A DNA stretch of 63,167 nt, counting the filler, from Intoshia linei (lineage: Eukaryota; Animalia; Orthonectida): NCBI GenBank assembly GCA_001642005.1. It is 5 parts of 5 records of this genome, joined end to end, with 100 filler letters (N's around TTAATTAATTAA, not from the genome) between each part and the next. Parts side by side here need not be neighbours in the genome. Positions count along the whole stretch, not along the records: positions 1 to 27,661 come from LWCA01000471.1; positions 27,762 to 56,199 come from LWCA01000415.1; 3 more parts are not named here. One strand, written 5' to 3'. The position numbers were made by a program, and so were the translations under genes. Below, piece after piece: positions 25,418-38,231 of the stretch. The notes beneath the pieces are model-generated. The model searched no databases. It had not been told where the DNA came from and worked only from the letters and a program-made list of their open reading frames with translations. Each line of letters starts with the position of its first letter. Position 1 is the first letter of the stretch.

Positions 25418-25723
25418 TTACATAAGATTTGGTCTTTCTGGGTTGCATTTTGCGTCTGGTCCAAATAAAACTCTGTTTTTTTCATCTCGTTGTTGGGAAT
25501 GTACAGCAGCATATTCATTGCAAACAACGAATGGTAAAACTAAAACCGATAATGTTGTGGTAGTCACCCATAGTGTGTTTTTGGAAAAGTTGAAAATTGT
25601 TTTAAATTTTTCATTAGAGTAAACGAATGCATTTTGTACCGATTTTGGAAAAATTTCGGAAAGTGCGGAAAATCTTTCAGAAAAAGTTTCATCCGGTTCA
25701 TCATGTTCAATTAATTTTGGCAT
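25418..25723 (-). CDS. TOMM22: Mitochondrial import receptor subunit TOM22
   Basis: DETFSERFSALSEIFP motif and TM segment LWVTTTTLSVLVLPFV, followed by E...QQR..LFGP. Intronless. Confidence 0.93.
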   Translation of the reverse strand: MPKLIEHDEPDETFSERFSALSEIFPKSVQNAFVYSNEKFKTIFNFSKNTLWVTTTTLSVLVLPFVVCNEYAAVHSQQRDEKNRVLFGPDAKCNPERPNLM

Positions 25724-25790
25724 TGTGCGATAAATTGGTTGTTTATATTGTATCCAAGTATATTAAATTGAAATTCAACTATATTTTACA

Positions 25791-26045
25791 ATGTTTGTCA
25801 CTCTGAGAAAGGGCGCTTTGAATATAATTTCTCAAAAAAGGTAATATTTATCAAATCAAATTTTACTCTAAATAGAACCACCGTGTTTCTACCTCCCACT
25901 AAGGACCAAATGACGGAACATTATGCTCAATTAAAGGCTAAAGATAAAAATAGTGATAATGCTAAGGTTATATTGGTTTTCTGTTGCTAATTGTACTTAG
26001 AAGGAAAATAAAGATGAATCAAAAAAAGAAAATAAGAATAATTAG
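25791..26045 (+). CDS. Unknown 61-aa microprotein with a mitochondrial-presequence-like N-terminus, 3 exons
   Basis: Exons 25791-25840, 25876-25966, 26001-26045. GT-AG introns of 35 and 34 nt keep frame: MFVTLRKGALNIISQKRTTVFLPPTKDQMTEHYAQLKAKDKNSDNAKKENKDESKKENKNN. Confidence 0.7.
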
Positions 26046-26587
26046 TGTTTTATCGGTTTTATTTTTTTTGAATTAAATTTAGTCGTTATTTTATCATCTT
26101 TTCAAAATTTTATACTTGTAATGCGATAAAGTTAGTTAGCTAGGACCGTTAATTATTTTAAAGTTTTTGTTAAAATTTTAATAAAATAGTTGGAAATAAA
26201 AAAAATTAATATTAAAGTGCTTTTTTGACCGTGAAGGCCTCACTTTGCCAGATTGAAATTATTTGTGTGTTAACTGGAAATAACTATCAACTCTATGCCA
26301 CGATTATTTTCTTTATGTAAAAGAAATGTAATCTGGGTTGTTTATCGTGAAAACTTTAATTAAAATTATTAATGTTTTTTACATGATGTTAATTAAAAAT
26401 TTTTAAAATATAAAAAATTAGTGTTCATTTTAAGAATGAAACATTTCAATCACTGCATATTGATTGCATATGGCCCTTTGAGTAAATATATAAATTATTT
26501 ATTGTTCAATTTTTTCTACACACACCAATAATTGGCTCATTCACGGTGCAAAACTGAAAAATCTAACATGAAAATATTAAAATAATT

Positions 26588-27330
26588 TAACTTATATAAT
26601 ATGCTACGAGATTTTTGTTTAAGTGTCTGTCTGTCTGTGTATGTGTTACGCTTTATTTAAATAACTCCTAGTTTTAGAATTTTTTAAAAACCACATTTTA
26701 ATTACCACATTTTAATTACAGTTTTTTCCGGGACGTATAATAAGATAAATTTCAACCCTCTTAATTTCACATCTTACGGGTCAAAAACCCCTGTTGTTTC
26801 TCTTTTTGAAAATCAAACGAATTGGAGAATTTAAAAAAATATATAAGCTGATACGGATTTTAAAATCATAAACATTATCATAAATTTAAATGCTGATGCG
26901 GATTTTAAAATCATAAACATTATCATAAATTTAAATTTAAAAAAATACACTGATGCGGATTTTAAAATCATAAACATTATCATAAATTTAAATTTAAAAA
27001 AATTATATTTTCAGGATCAAAACTTTTTTTTTTAAAAACAGCCCTAGAATTTAAAAAATTTTACAGGTGGTACAGTTGTATCCTGTTAACACCCACAAAA
27101 AAATTCAATCCGATTAAGTGACGACTTCACGGTTAAAAAAGCATTTTAGTATTCATATATTTTTTTTCCAAAATATTTTATTAAAACAAAAAATGTGAAA
27201 TAATTAACTGTCCGAAAATTAAAAAAAAGATTATTCTGATAGAGCTTATTCCAGTTGATATTAATACAAAATTTCAACCCGAGAAATCAACGCATTCATG
27301 ATGAAAAATAATTTTTAATACATTATATTA
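26588..27330 (+). mobile_element. Helitron family A copy (truncated) with an internal ~45-55-bp triplication
   Basis: ACTTATATAATATGCTACG plus (TGTC)n start. The unit CTGATxCGGATTTTAAAATCATAAACATTATCATAAATTTAAAT occurs three times at 26848-26995. Confidence 0.75.
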
Positions 27331-27661
27331 TTTGGCGTAAGCCAAATTATTAACTTATACGCCAAATTAATTATCAGCCGCCAAATTATTGAAAAATAAG
27401 CTAAATTTTTTATTAAAACGCCAAATTAATCAATACACGCCAATAAAAAAATAAACGTAATAAAGATCAGAAAAAGGATATTAAAAAATTAAAATGATTA
27501 CTTATACCCTTTTATATGTATTAAAATTCATTTGAATGCTGTCATGACTAATATAAACGGTACATTATTAAAATAAATTTATTTATTTTTAATATCATTT
27601 CCCTCCGCAATGATAAGAACAAATTGGTTTACATTGATTAACTATAACGAAGCTAATTTCA

Positions 27662-27761
27662 NNNNNNNNNNNNNNNNNNNNNNNNNNNNNNNNNNNNNNN
27701 NNNNNTTAATTAATTAANNNNNNNNNNNNNNNNNNNNNNNNNNNNNNNNNNNNNNNNNNNN
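27662..27761. other. Artificial scaffold gap with TTAATTAATTAA spacer (also 56200-56299, 59841-59940, 61981-62080)
   Basis: All four gaps are 100 nt of N with a central TTAATTAATTAA, which has stops in all six frames. Confidence 0.97.
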
Positions 27762-29150
27762 CAATACAGTTTTGTTCAAACAATTTGTAAAGTGCAAAAA
27801 CAAATATAAAAACACATTTTATTAAAATTTATGACCGATTCAAGTTTCTAGTCATAAAAAAGCTTTAAATTTCAAACTAAAAATGGGACAAAAAATCAGT
27901 CAATATTCATGATTCTATAAAACATCAACCAAGGGATATAAAATATTAAGTTTTGACAGGGAAGATAGATAATAGACTTTTTATTGATCTGATAAAATAT
28001 CTAGTAAACAATTAATAATGTACTGTAAACAATACCTGAAAAAAAACATGTTCCATTTTGGGAACATTGACGGGTTAAAGGTTAATATTAATAGTTCATC
28101 AAGTTTATCATTTCGCAAAAATAAGAGTACTCCATGTCTTTTCACCCAAATGTAATGATTCATTAAAAATTGTCATTATTATTAATTTTTTTGGGGACCC
28201 ACAGGTTTTTTGTAATATCATCTTAGGGGTCCACAGCAAAAAAGGGTTGAGAATGCCTGATGTACATGATCAAGTTATGAGTTGATATTCGTCTGTCGTC
28301 GCATAATAATCTTTTAATATTGAAAAAAACAAAATTTCGCCGTTTGAACCCGATACAAATTATTTTTTGAGTCTTTAAAAATTGAGTAAAAAAATATGAT
28401 GTTAAAAACAAATTTGAACCTTTTAAAATTGAGTGATAAAACTTTTAGTTATTTTAGTCAAAAAATCAATGATTATGTCGCGTAAGGTTTTAGAGCAGTA
28501 CTTCTCTACCGTTTTTACATTTGGAAGTAATTAAAAAATGGGATCGCAAAATTGCTTTTAAAATTTTTTACACAAATTTTAACAAAATAAAATTAAAGGG
28601 GAATAACTCACTTTAAATTAAATCATAATATGAAATTACGGGTGCATGTGAAACAAGTTTGGGATCTACTCCTTTAAAGGATTGATAATAGTGCATGTAG
28701 CATTTTTAAGTAATAACTAGTTTTCAATTTATTGCTGACCACACACACAATTTCCTGAAGTGCACACGTAGAGTAACACTGTCCTAGACACTAATAACTA
28801 GATCAATGGTGAACAATTATTTAATTACACTTAGTGACAATTAATTCATTTTAAAATTAATTACAAGGACTTAATTTAAATTTCGTGTTGGTTTACTGTG
28901 CAATGCAATCCACTTACACTTTGTACACTTCTTTTACATAAAATTAAAAAAGTTTTAATCAGATTTTATTCAAAAGATTTTTAAAATATTTCAATGAAAA
29001 ATTGTGACAACCCTGCATTATACTTGACTCTACAATCTGTGTAGATTGCAACCACCAGTTGGGTAGCCCAGTATGAATTGTTTTCATAATGATTCAACTT
29101 TTAAAAATACCAATATTAATTCTACTAAAATATCAACCAAACATGTTTAC

Positions 29151-32100
29151 CTTGAAAAGTGGACACATAGTGCAACAAAAATATAATTTGTTATTGTTCC
29201 AATAGAAAGTAAATTTATAAGTTGCATCAAATCAAACAAAACTCCAATTATGGCTAAAGTATTAAATTTATTTAATTATATTAATACTTAGAATACGTAT
29301 TATATACAAAATTATGTTAAAAAATACAATTTAGGATTTAAGAGGAAATTAAAAATCTGCGGAATACATATAAATAAAAACTTAAAAATTTGAATTAAAA
29401 AATTGTTTTAATTTTAATATTTAAATTTAAATCCTACTATCCTATTATTTTTATGTATTCTTAAATATTAATAGATTGTATAAGAAAACACGATAAAGAT
29501 TATTGATAAAAGACATAAACATGCATAATACATATAAACTTTTCACGCTAGTGTTGTCCCAAAAATCAAAATAACATTTTTTTCAGTATTTCCAGAATTT
29601 CTTAACCAGACATATCTACAGTATAATGCATACCAGTACATATTCCACAAGCTATGGTAGCATTTACAGGTCCATTAAAAAAAAAATTTATTTTTGATAG
29701 ACACTTAAATGTCATGCCATCGTGTGCCATAGATTGTAAAATTCTTGGTCCAGGAATCATTCCGGATAGCAAGCTTAATATAATTTATATTGATAAATAA
29801 TTATTTAATATTTGATAAGGTGGTTAAATTAATTAATTATTGTCATTAATTAAACCCTCCCTAAAGTGGTCATTTTTGGTGACCATTGTAAAATTTATAT
29901 TGTACTTAATACATATTAATGTATAACTATTTAAAAAAATTTCAAAAATAAAATTGCATGAAATTTACCTTGAAAATATTCCACAAATTGATCCAATTAT
30001 AATAGTTACATATACAAATTGAGAATCAATTTTTGATAAAAGCATCTCTATTGGTGTGTTTAAATTCATTTTATAATAGGGTATATCCAACGTCAGTACC
30101 ATATATGTAAAAGAATACAATGTTAGACATATAAAAAGACTTGATATTATTCCAATGGGTATTACTCTTTTTGCATTTTTTGTTTCGTTACCTATACAAT
30201 TATACTACAATATTTTTTATATTTTTCAGGAAGTTTTTTGTTTTACGTGCATTTATACCACATTCAACTTTTAATACACCACCTCGTCGTGGTTGTACTC
30301 GAGAAAAACGGTCTAGTTAGTAAATATATTAGCAACCACTCTTTTTGACGGGCCAACAGATTTTATAATTGTAATAGTTTCGTGGGCACCGAATGTATCC
30401 TCTACTTACTATATATATATAATACTGTATATAAATAAAATGGCTGTGTGTGTGTTACCGTTTGATTAAAAAATGAACAACCTTAGAATTAAAACAACTC
30501 AATACTATTATATATTATTATTATATATATACAATTACTAATACAGTTTTTCGCTTTTAATGTTTTATCGCAAATTATATTCTCAGAAATTGAGGTCTTC
30601 ATTGTCAAAACCCCAAATATACATTTTTTTTTGAAATGAGAATTCTAGAATTTTTAATATTTATATGCTGGGATAGTTTTTAAATAATTTTTAATTTGCA
30701 ATAATTTATAGTAAAAATGAAATTTTTTCTATAAAAACTTAAATTTCAACTTAACTCTCGCAGAACTAATTATTTAATTATTTATAATTATAATGAGACA
30801 CGTCAATATGCATTTATTGCCAATAAATGAAATTAGTCTTTAAAGCAGCTTTTTCAATAGGGGTATTTACTATTTGAAGGGGACATTGAAAATTTAGTAG
30901 TTAATTCATTAAAAAATAAATTAATCATTCGAGTTTGAAAAGTGCATATGCAGAAGCATAAATAAGAAAATTTTGGTCATAAAACTGTAATTGATACCCA
31001 TTAAGTTTCGTATCAACGTACTTACGTGAATGTGAATTGCTATTATTTTAGACATGAAAAAAGAAGCAGATTAAATGTTGAACACGATTTACATTGTGTG
31101 CTTTTTTTTCTTCTCAACCTCATATTTTAAAATTAAGAAAAAATAAATCTGCTCAAAATTATCATAAACAATCGTTATAAATGTTATTCCAATCTAAATA
31201 TATTAGTACTGCATAATGGGGTGCGTAAAGAAAATAGCTCAAAGGGGGAAATAAGAAAAAATTAGTTAAGAACAAGTAATTCAAAACAAACATTTATAAT
31301 AAGTTATTATTGTGTTGTTGGACAGTTTAATTATTAATAATACCACAGTCCAACAAAATAACTTTTTTTGAATGCAAGAGTAAAATTTAATGCACCTGGA
31401 AAAGATTTTTATTCTAAACAAGATGGTATAATCAGTTTTTCTGCATCACGTCCATTTTTTTTTTAAATACGCCTAATGTTCAAAAAAGTGCCTAAAATTG
31501 ACATATTTTAATCTAATATAATTATATTATTTCGCATTTCTCAGGAAATATAATATTTTTGATTAAACAAAATATAGTTGCCATTAATGAATATGTTATA
31601 TAAGTATTATGCTGCATATAATACATAGTTGGCGTTTCTAATTGTGTTTAAGATGACTTTGAACCCCCCTATTTTAGACATTTGTGCAACTTTAACCTCA
31701 ATTTATAAAAACTGTGGACGTTATTGCAAAATAATATTGATATCACGTTGACCCGCTCATTCACACGGAAAAGATGATGTATTTATCATCCTTGCATTTT
31801 TTTGGTGTTGGGCTGTGTAATCCTAACTTATATAATATGCTTATAATTTGTTTGTGTGTCTGTCTGTCTATGAGTGTGTTACGCTTTATTTATATAAATA
31901 CCAGTTTTAGAATTTTTTAAAGACAACATTTCAATTACAGTTTTTTTTCGGGACATATAATAAGATAAATTTCAACCTCCTAATTTTACATCGTATGGGT
32001 CAAAAACTCCAGTTGTCCCTCTTTTTAAAAATCAAACAAATTTAAACAAATATATACGCTGATACGGATTTTAAAATCATAAATATTACCATACATTTCA

Positions 32101-35100
32101 ATTTAACAAAATTATATCTTCACGGCCAAAACCACAAATTACCCTTCTTTTTTTAATGAAAACAGCTCTAGAATTTCCAAAAATTTACAGGTGGTACAGT
32201 TGTATCCTGTTAACACATATAAAAATTTCAATCCAATAAGTGATGACTTCACGGCCAAAAAAGCATTTTAGTATTCATATTTTTTTCCAAAATATTTTAT
32301 TAATAAAAAAAGTAAAATAATTAAAGGTCTAAAAGTTAAAAAAAAAAATTATTCTGATAGAGCTTATTCCAGTTGATATAAATACAAAATTTCAACCGCA
32401 GAAATCTACGCATTCTCGGTGAAAAATAATTTTTAATATATTATCAACCAATATTTTTTAAATATTATTAAAATCAAAAATGTAAATATTGATCCTACAA
32501 TTTCAAAAAAAATTTGCATTGTACGTCTACACATTTCAATAAAGACGTATGGTGAAAATATAATTCATTCCTTCGCAATTTTTTAATTTAAAATTTTAAT
32601 TTTCAAAACGTTTTTATTAAAACATTCAAATTTAAATGAAAAACTACAACAACGAAACTAAAAAAACTTTCTTAATATCATTTTTATATTACAATCCTTT
32701 GCAATAATGGTAAAATTCGACTGAAATGTTCATAAAGGAAAGATTCAGTTAATTATTGATACACAATTAGTATTTTTAAGTATTGATTAAATTGGTACTG
32801 GATATATATCATCACATTGAAAATGACAAAATATATTTTTATAATTTTATTTTTTCTGGAATTTATGCCTATTTATGACAATTTTTAGGATTGGACTGTT
32901 TTTACTTTATTTTTAATATTATACACACATTCTGTCTAATAAAATAAACAAAAAATTAAGATGGAATAATTCACTTTAAAATAAAAAGTAATGTGATATG
33001 ATGGTTAACCTGAAACAAATTTGGGAACCACTCGTTTAAAGGATTGATAATAGTGAATAATAGGATTTTTAAGTTAGATTTTCAACATGAATTTCTTTTT
33101 TTGGTTTAATAAAAATGTGCCCTCGTCAGAGCTAGGTGCTGTTTGTACGTAGTACATAACAGTCAAGCTAGTTATTATATATTATTATTATTAATTAGAA
33201 TTAATACTATATTAAGTCTTTAAAAAGATATATCAACACTACTAACTCAAAATACCGATATATCCAGAACAACTCAATAGAAATGTAATAAAAATACTGA
33301 AAATGTTGATTGAATATTAAAAAAAATTATTGATAAAATAAAAACACTACCTGTAGTCGTAATTGCGTCAAAACCAATGAAAGAATAAAAGCATATTACA
33401 GCTCCAGCAATAACCCCATGAAACCCAAATGGCATAAATCCACTTTGTCCAGTAATTGGTGTTTTGTGTTTTTGAAAATCATACTTCATGCTATTGACAA
33501 GGCGCTCAACGGGTATATCAGTTATCTAGATATTTCGATTAATAATTTAAAATTTTCAGGCCACGACAGCGATAAATTTAGGAAACCGTGACAGACATTA
33601 TACGTGGATTTGATTTCAAAAATATTATACATTTTTATCTCGAAAGCATATTCAAAAACCTCTACATTTCTGTATTTCCTTTGAGGGATTAGTTAAAATA
33701 ATTAAAAACAGGGTAAAATGACATGACTAATGGCTATATTCAATGAAAAAAACATTTATCAGACTTTATTAACTTTCTGATGTTGTGTTGTAAAGTATTA
33801 TTATTATAATAACTAAAAATTATTACTCATACTTAAAAGTATTTCCAACAGGGTAGAATTTTTTGGATAACCATTTTGCAACGACTGCGTGACCACTGGC
33901 CACGCGTGGGTGTCAAATTTCATTTATCGCCCGCACATATAGTATTCATTTAAATTTATAAGTCAAAAATAATCCTTTCCATTAACGTGCTAAAAAATTA
34001 ATTTATTATTCATTTTGAGTAATGATTAATTCAGCATTATATGAGGAATGGACGAAATATGAACTAATACAATTTTTACATGTATTAATTTAAACATAAT
34101 ACATTAAATTCAATTTATAAAATACGTTTTGAGATGGTATTTCCCAGTTGGATAAATCAACAAAAAATAATCCAGTGATAATAATGATAAAAATGTTGAG
34201 TATATTGATTGTGGCTAGCGCATTGTTAACCTTTGAAGATATGTTAATATTAAAAATTAACAAAACTAAATTTAAATTTTAAAAAAAATTGTTTTTACTA
34301 TGATAAAATGTTTAACTTACACGTTAGCAAGATAATAATAATTCCGGCTAAAAGATCAGCATAGTCTGCCAAACCAACTACATCAATTTTGACATACTTG
34401 CGCATTAAATTAGAATAGTTATGGTTCATTATACAGTCTGTATAACTAGTTAAGGCTCGTGCTACGCTCGATGAACCTGTATATTTTTACATATTAATCA
34501 TTATATTGAATATCCTAACTTATATAATATGCTACGCAATTTTTGTTTGATTGTGTATGTGTGTTACGCTTTATTGAAATAATTATCAGTCTTACAATTT
34601 TTTAAATACCACATTTCAATTACAGTTTTTCCTGGACGTATAATAAGATAAATTTCAACATCCCAATTTCACATCTTACGGGTCAAAAACCCCAGTTGTC
34701 TCTCTTTTTGAAAATGAAACGAGTTAAAGAATTTAAAAAAATTATATCTTCATGGCCAAAACCCCAAATACCCTTCTTTTTATAATGAAAACAGCCCTAG
34801 AATTTCAAAAAATTTACAGGTGGTATAATAAAAAATTAGTACATGGCTAAATCCTCATTTTTGATAAATACAATTAAAATGTATGAAAAAGTAATGACAG
34901 ACCTAGAAAATCTAATCAATACCAATATAAAAAAAATATACCAATGATATACTCCATTAAAAGAATCCACCCTATCATAAACGCGGGAAGTTCGCCTATT
35001 AACGTATATGTGTAAAGATAAGTGGACCCTCCTCCTTTAATATTCGACGAAAGTTCACAGTAACATAAACCTAAAATTATAGATAGAATCACAAGACACT

Positions 35101-35370
35101 AATAATTACCAGCCAACGATGACAAAAATGCAGCAATAAAAAAAGACAAGACTATAGCTGGACCCGACATTGTTGCTGCAATACGTCCACCGACAACATA
35201 TATGGAACAACCCATTATATTGGCCACTCCTTCATTATAAAGTTAAAATTTTAAATAGAATACGTACCAATCATGACAATATCATATAATTTCAATTTTT
35301 CGGGATTAGTCAAATATAATGATGCTTGATTGTGACTTTTACGTCGAAATAGATTTGTTAAAATATTCAT
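29151..35370 (-). CDS. Cationic amino-acid transporter (SLC7A1-4/CAT family); 3' end unresolved
   Basis: Spliced exons read [124 protein letters not shown] at 35370; first two introns 38 and 39 nt. Confidence 0.92.
31821..33171 (+). mobile_element. Complete non-autonomous Helitron (family A, ~1.35 kb) in a CAT intron
   Basis: A^TCCTAACTTATATAATATGC, (TGTC)n microsatellite, subterminal hairpin CTGTTTGTACGTAGTACATAACAG, CTAG^T end. Confidence 0.88.
34513..34830 (+). mobile_element. Helitron family A 5' fragment (others at 37608-37975, 59513-59840, 62396-62640)
   Basis: Each starts A^TCCTWACT and continues with the family body. Confidence 0.8.
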
Positions 35371-35438
35371 ATAAATTAAAATGTAAGGCCAACTAAAAAT
35401 TATTTATTTTATATAGTTACAAAATAAGCAAATATTTA

Positions 35439-35594
35439 TCAAGTTTGTTGAAACTCTAATGTAACTCTGTCATTGTTTGTGTCTAGAAATTTAACAGGTT
35501 TATATGGTGCCAATCTTTGTAGTTTTATAATATTACAATCTTAATTGGTGGCAGTATTTTAAAACTTGGTAATACACAAATATTTATATTTTGT
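35439..35594 (-). pseudogene. Decayed tandem duplicate of the last MCEE exon
   Basis: Aligns with 35673-35825 (TTKIG..KPV.FLD...EFQQT*). Acceptor TAG|ACA is retained but the copy is frameshifted. Confidence 0.8.
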
Positions 35595-35672
35595 CTATTT
35601 TTTACCAAGTATAGAATAATTAAGACAAAAATTATTTATTGATATGTAGAGTTACAAAAATGTAAATAGTTA

Positions 35673-38231
35673 TCAGATCTGTTGAAATTCGAATAAAACT
35701 CCGTTGCAATCTTGTGGGTCTAGAAATATGACCGGTTTACCGTGAGCGCCAATTTTTGTAGTTTCAGTTAATGTTGAAATCTTATTCTGCTTCAACAATT
35801 TCAAAACTTGATCTATATCCGATGTCTAATATTATTTGTATAAAATTTATAAAATAAACTCAAATTTCTTTGCCGCACAAGTTAAGAATCACGGCCATTA
35901 TGAATTATGAATTAAGTTTATTTGAGGGAAGAGTAATGTATATGTCACCTGACATATACATAGTTATGAGGTCATTAAGTTGAATTCCGTTTTATGTTAT
36001 CTCTTTGAGAATCTTTGTGATGGACAATATCAATAAATTATGAAATCGCAGTCTGTGTGATAGATAATATCGACGAATTTGAATATCACAAAAGCCTGTG
36101 CGATAGTTAATTATTTAAGTAAACAATCTAAAACAGTGCTTCTCAAAGTAATAAATGTCGTGGACACCCAAACTGCAAAAATTATTTATCATGAACCCCT
36201 AATATACATGTATATGTACATATTAATCATATTTTTAATTAGGAAATTTTTTCTTGATTTCTAAAATATTTTTGGCAATCAATATTTAATCAAAATAAAA
36301 ATATTCAAAAAAATATTGGAAAAAGGGGATTTTATCTTTTGGGTTGGATTAAGTGTTTAAATTTCCTTAGATTTGGTTAAATTGTATTTAAAAAGCGCGA
36401 GCACTAAAGGGCTAAAGTCAAAAATATAAAGCCACACATGATATATAAATTTACTTCTATACATATATGATGAATTCCACCATTACGCTTCGATAAATAC
36501 TTAGAAATTGGAGAAGAGTCGTCTATTGGTTCTAAAAACTATAGAATATAAGTTTTACTATAGTTAAAAATTTACTTCCATTTTTGTTTCACCTAGATTT
36601 AAAAATTTTACATTGACTCCATGATTAGGCAAAATCTTAAATACATAATGATTGAATGACTTTAAATCAGTGGTCACCGATTGAGGTCCCTGGACCCCTT
36701 TTGGGTTCAAAAATATCAGTATAGGGTCTGTAAGATTCAAATAAAATATAAAAAATTTTAATTAAGTTTTGTTTATTTTTATAGTATAATTTTTAATAAA
36801 CATTATAGACTCGCCAGATATTGGAAATTTATCCCAGCATTTAGCAACATTTTAATCCAAAATCAAATTTTACCAACTCTTAATGGAACAATCAACTTTT
36901 TGCAATATTTTTTTGATAAATACGATTATACACCATTTATAAGAAAAACTCTCTAATCTTTTTAAAATGTTTTATATTTCATGTTTCCTTTGTCCATGTC
37001 AAATTCCATGTCAAAAAAATGATATTTTGAATTGGGGTCTGTACACTATTTAAATCGGAAACAACTGCTTTAAATGTAACTTAACATTAACATTGTATAT
37101 AAATTAACATTAATGTAAATATTTCTGAAAAACAGTGTTTCCAACCTTTTTTCCATTGTGAACTCCATTTGGAAACAATTAAAAAAATGTCGGGCAAAAG
37201 TTAATCATTCTATACTGCAAATAAAAAAATTTAAATCAAATAAGAAGTAAAATTTTGATAGATTTATCATACTGACATCTATTTTTTCACATTTTAATTT
37301 TAACGTATTTTATAAATTGAAAAAATTCCATAGCATTGATTGGCGTAATTGATTGTAAATTCTAATTTTTATTGATTTAGTAGGTAAAATTTGTTATTAA
37401 ACCGATTCACGTTTAAAATGAAGATATATGCATGAAAATTTAAAGTGCGTATTGAAATATAGTATTGGGTTGGTGGGTGCAAGGGTTGAAAAACACTACT
37501 TAAAAGTAATTTTAACACAATTTAAAGGGTCATAAAAACACGATATAAACACTACTTGCGTCCTTATTTCTTATTTACTGACTCTAAATTATTTCTATTG
37601 AGGAATATCCTTACTTATATAATATGCTACGCAATATTTGTTTGTGTGTTGTGTTCCACTTTATTGAAATAATTACCAGTCTTAGAATTTTATAAAGTCC
37701 ACATCGTTTATTTCAATAACTACCAGTCTTAGAATTTTATAAAGTCCACATTTCAATTACAGTTTTTTCCGGGACATATAATAAAATAAATTTCAACCTC
37801 CCAAAGTCACATCTTACGAGTCAAAAATCCCAATTGTCCTTTTTTTTGATAATCAAACAAGTTGGAGAATTTAAAAAAATATATACGTTGATACGGATTT
37901 TAAAATCATAAAAATTATCATAAATTTAAATTAAAAAAAATATCTTCACGGCCAAAACCCCAAATTACCTTTTAATTTTAATTTGATTAATAACGGTTTA
38001 TAAGGACGCAATTCGTGGATATGGTAATGAAATAATAATAAATACCTGTGCTTTGGGTATTTCAATTCCGAGAATTTTAAATAAATTTGTTGACTTGTTT
38101 AAATCTTTCACAGCAATGGCGACGTGGTTAATCTTACCTATTAATTTGCCATTTGATAATGACTAAATTAAAAAAAGAATGAGTTAAATATAGTTACTAA
38201 CAATACATCTTAATAGAATAGTTCTCAACGT
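35673..38231 (-). CDS. MCEE: Methylmalonyl-CoA epimerase, mitochondrial (start codon unresolved)
   Basis: Exons 38231-38202, 38162-38046, 36635-36576, 36538-36455, 35825-35673. Protein motifs GKINHVAIAVKDL, LPNHGV, KMEFLEP, SPI, GGIHHICIE, KIGAHGKPVIFLDPQDCNGVLFE. Confidence 0.93.
36668..37067. mobile_element. hAT MITE with perfect 8-bp TSD
   Basis: ctttaaat|CAGTGGTCACCGATT...AATCGGAAACAACTG|ctttaaat. Confidence 0.85.
37133..37498. mobile_element. hAT MITE
   Basis: CAGTGTTTCCAACC...GGTTGAAAAACACTA, TSD ctgaaaaa/cttaaaag. Confidence 0.7.

Noticed and set aside
26848-27445. Short repeated units as a CRISPR-like array
   Set aside because: These are tandem duplications and TE subterminal repeats, with no regular repeat-spacer period, no cas genes and a eukaryotic context.
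27662-27761. TTAATTAATTAA motif recurring four times
   Set aside because: It is always centred in a 100-N gap, so it is an artificial contig spacer.
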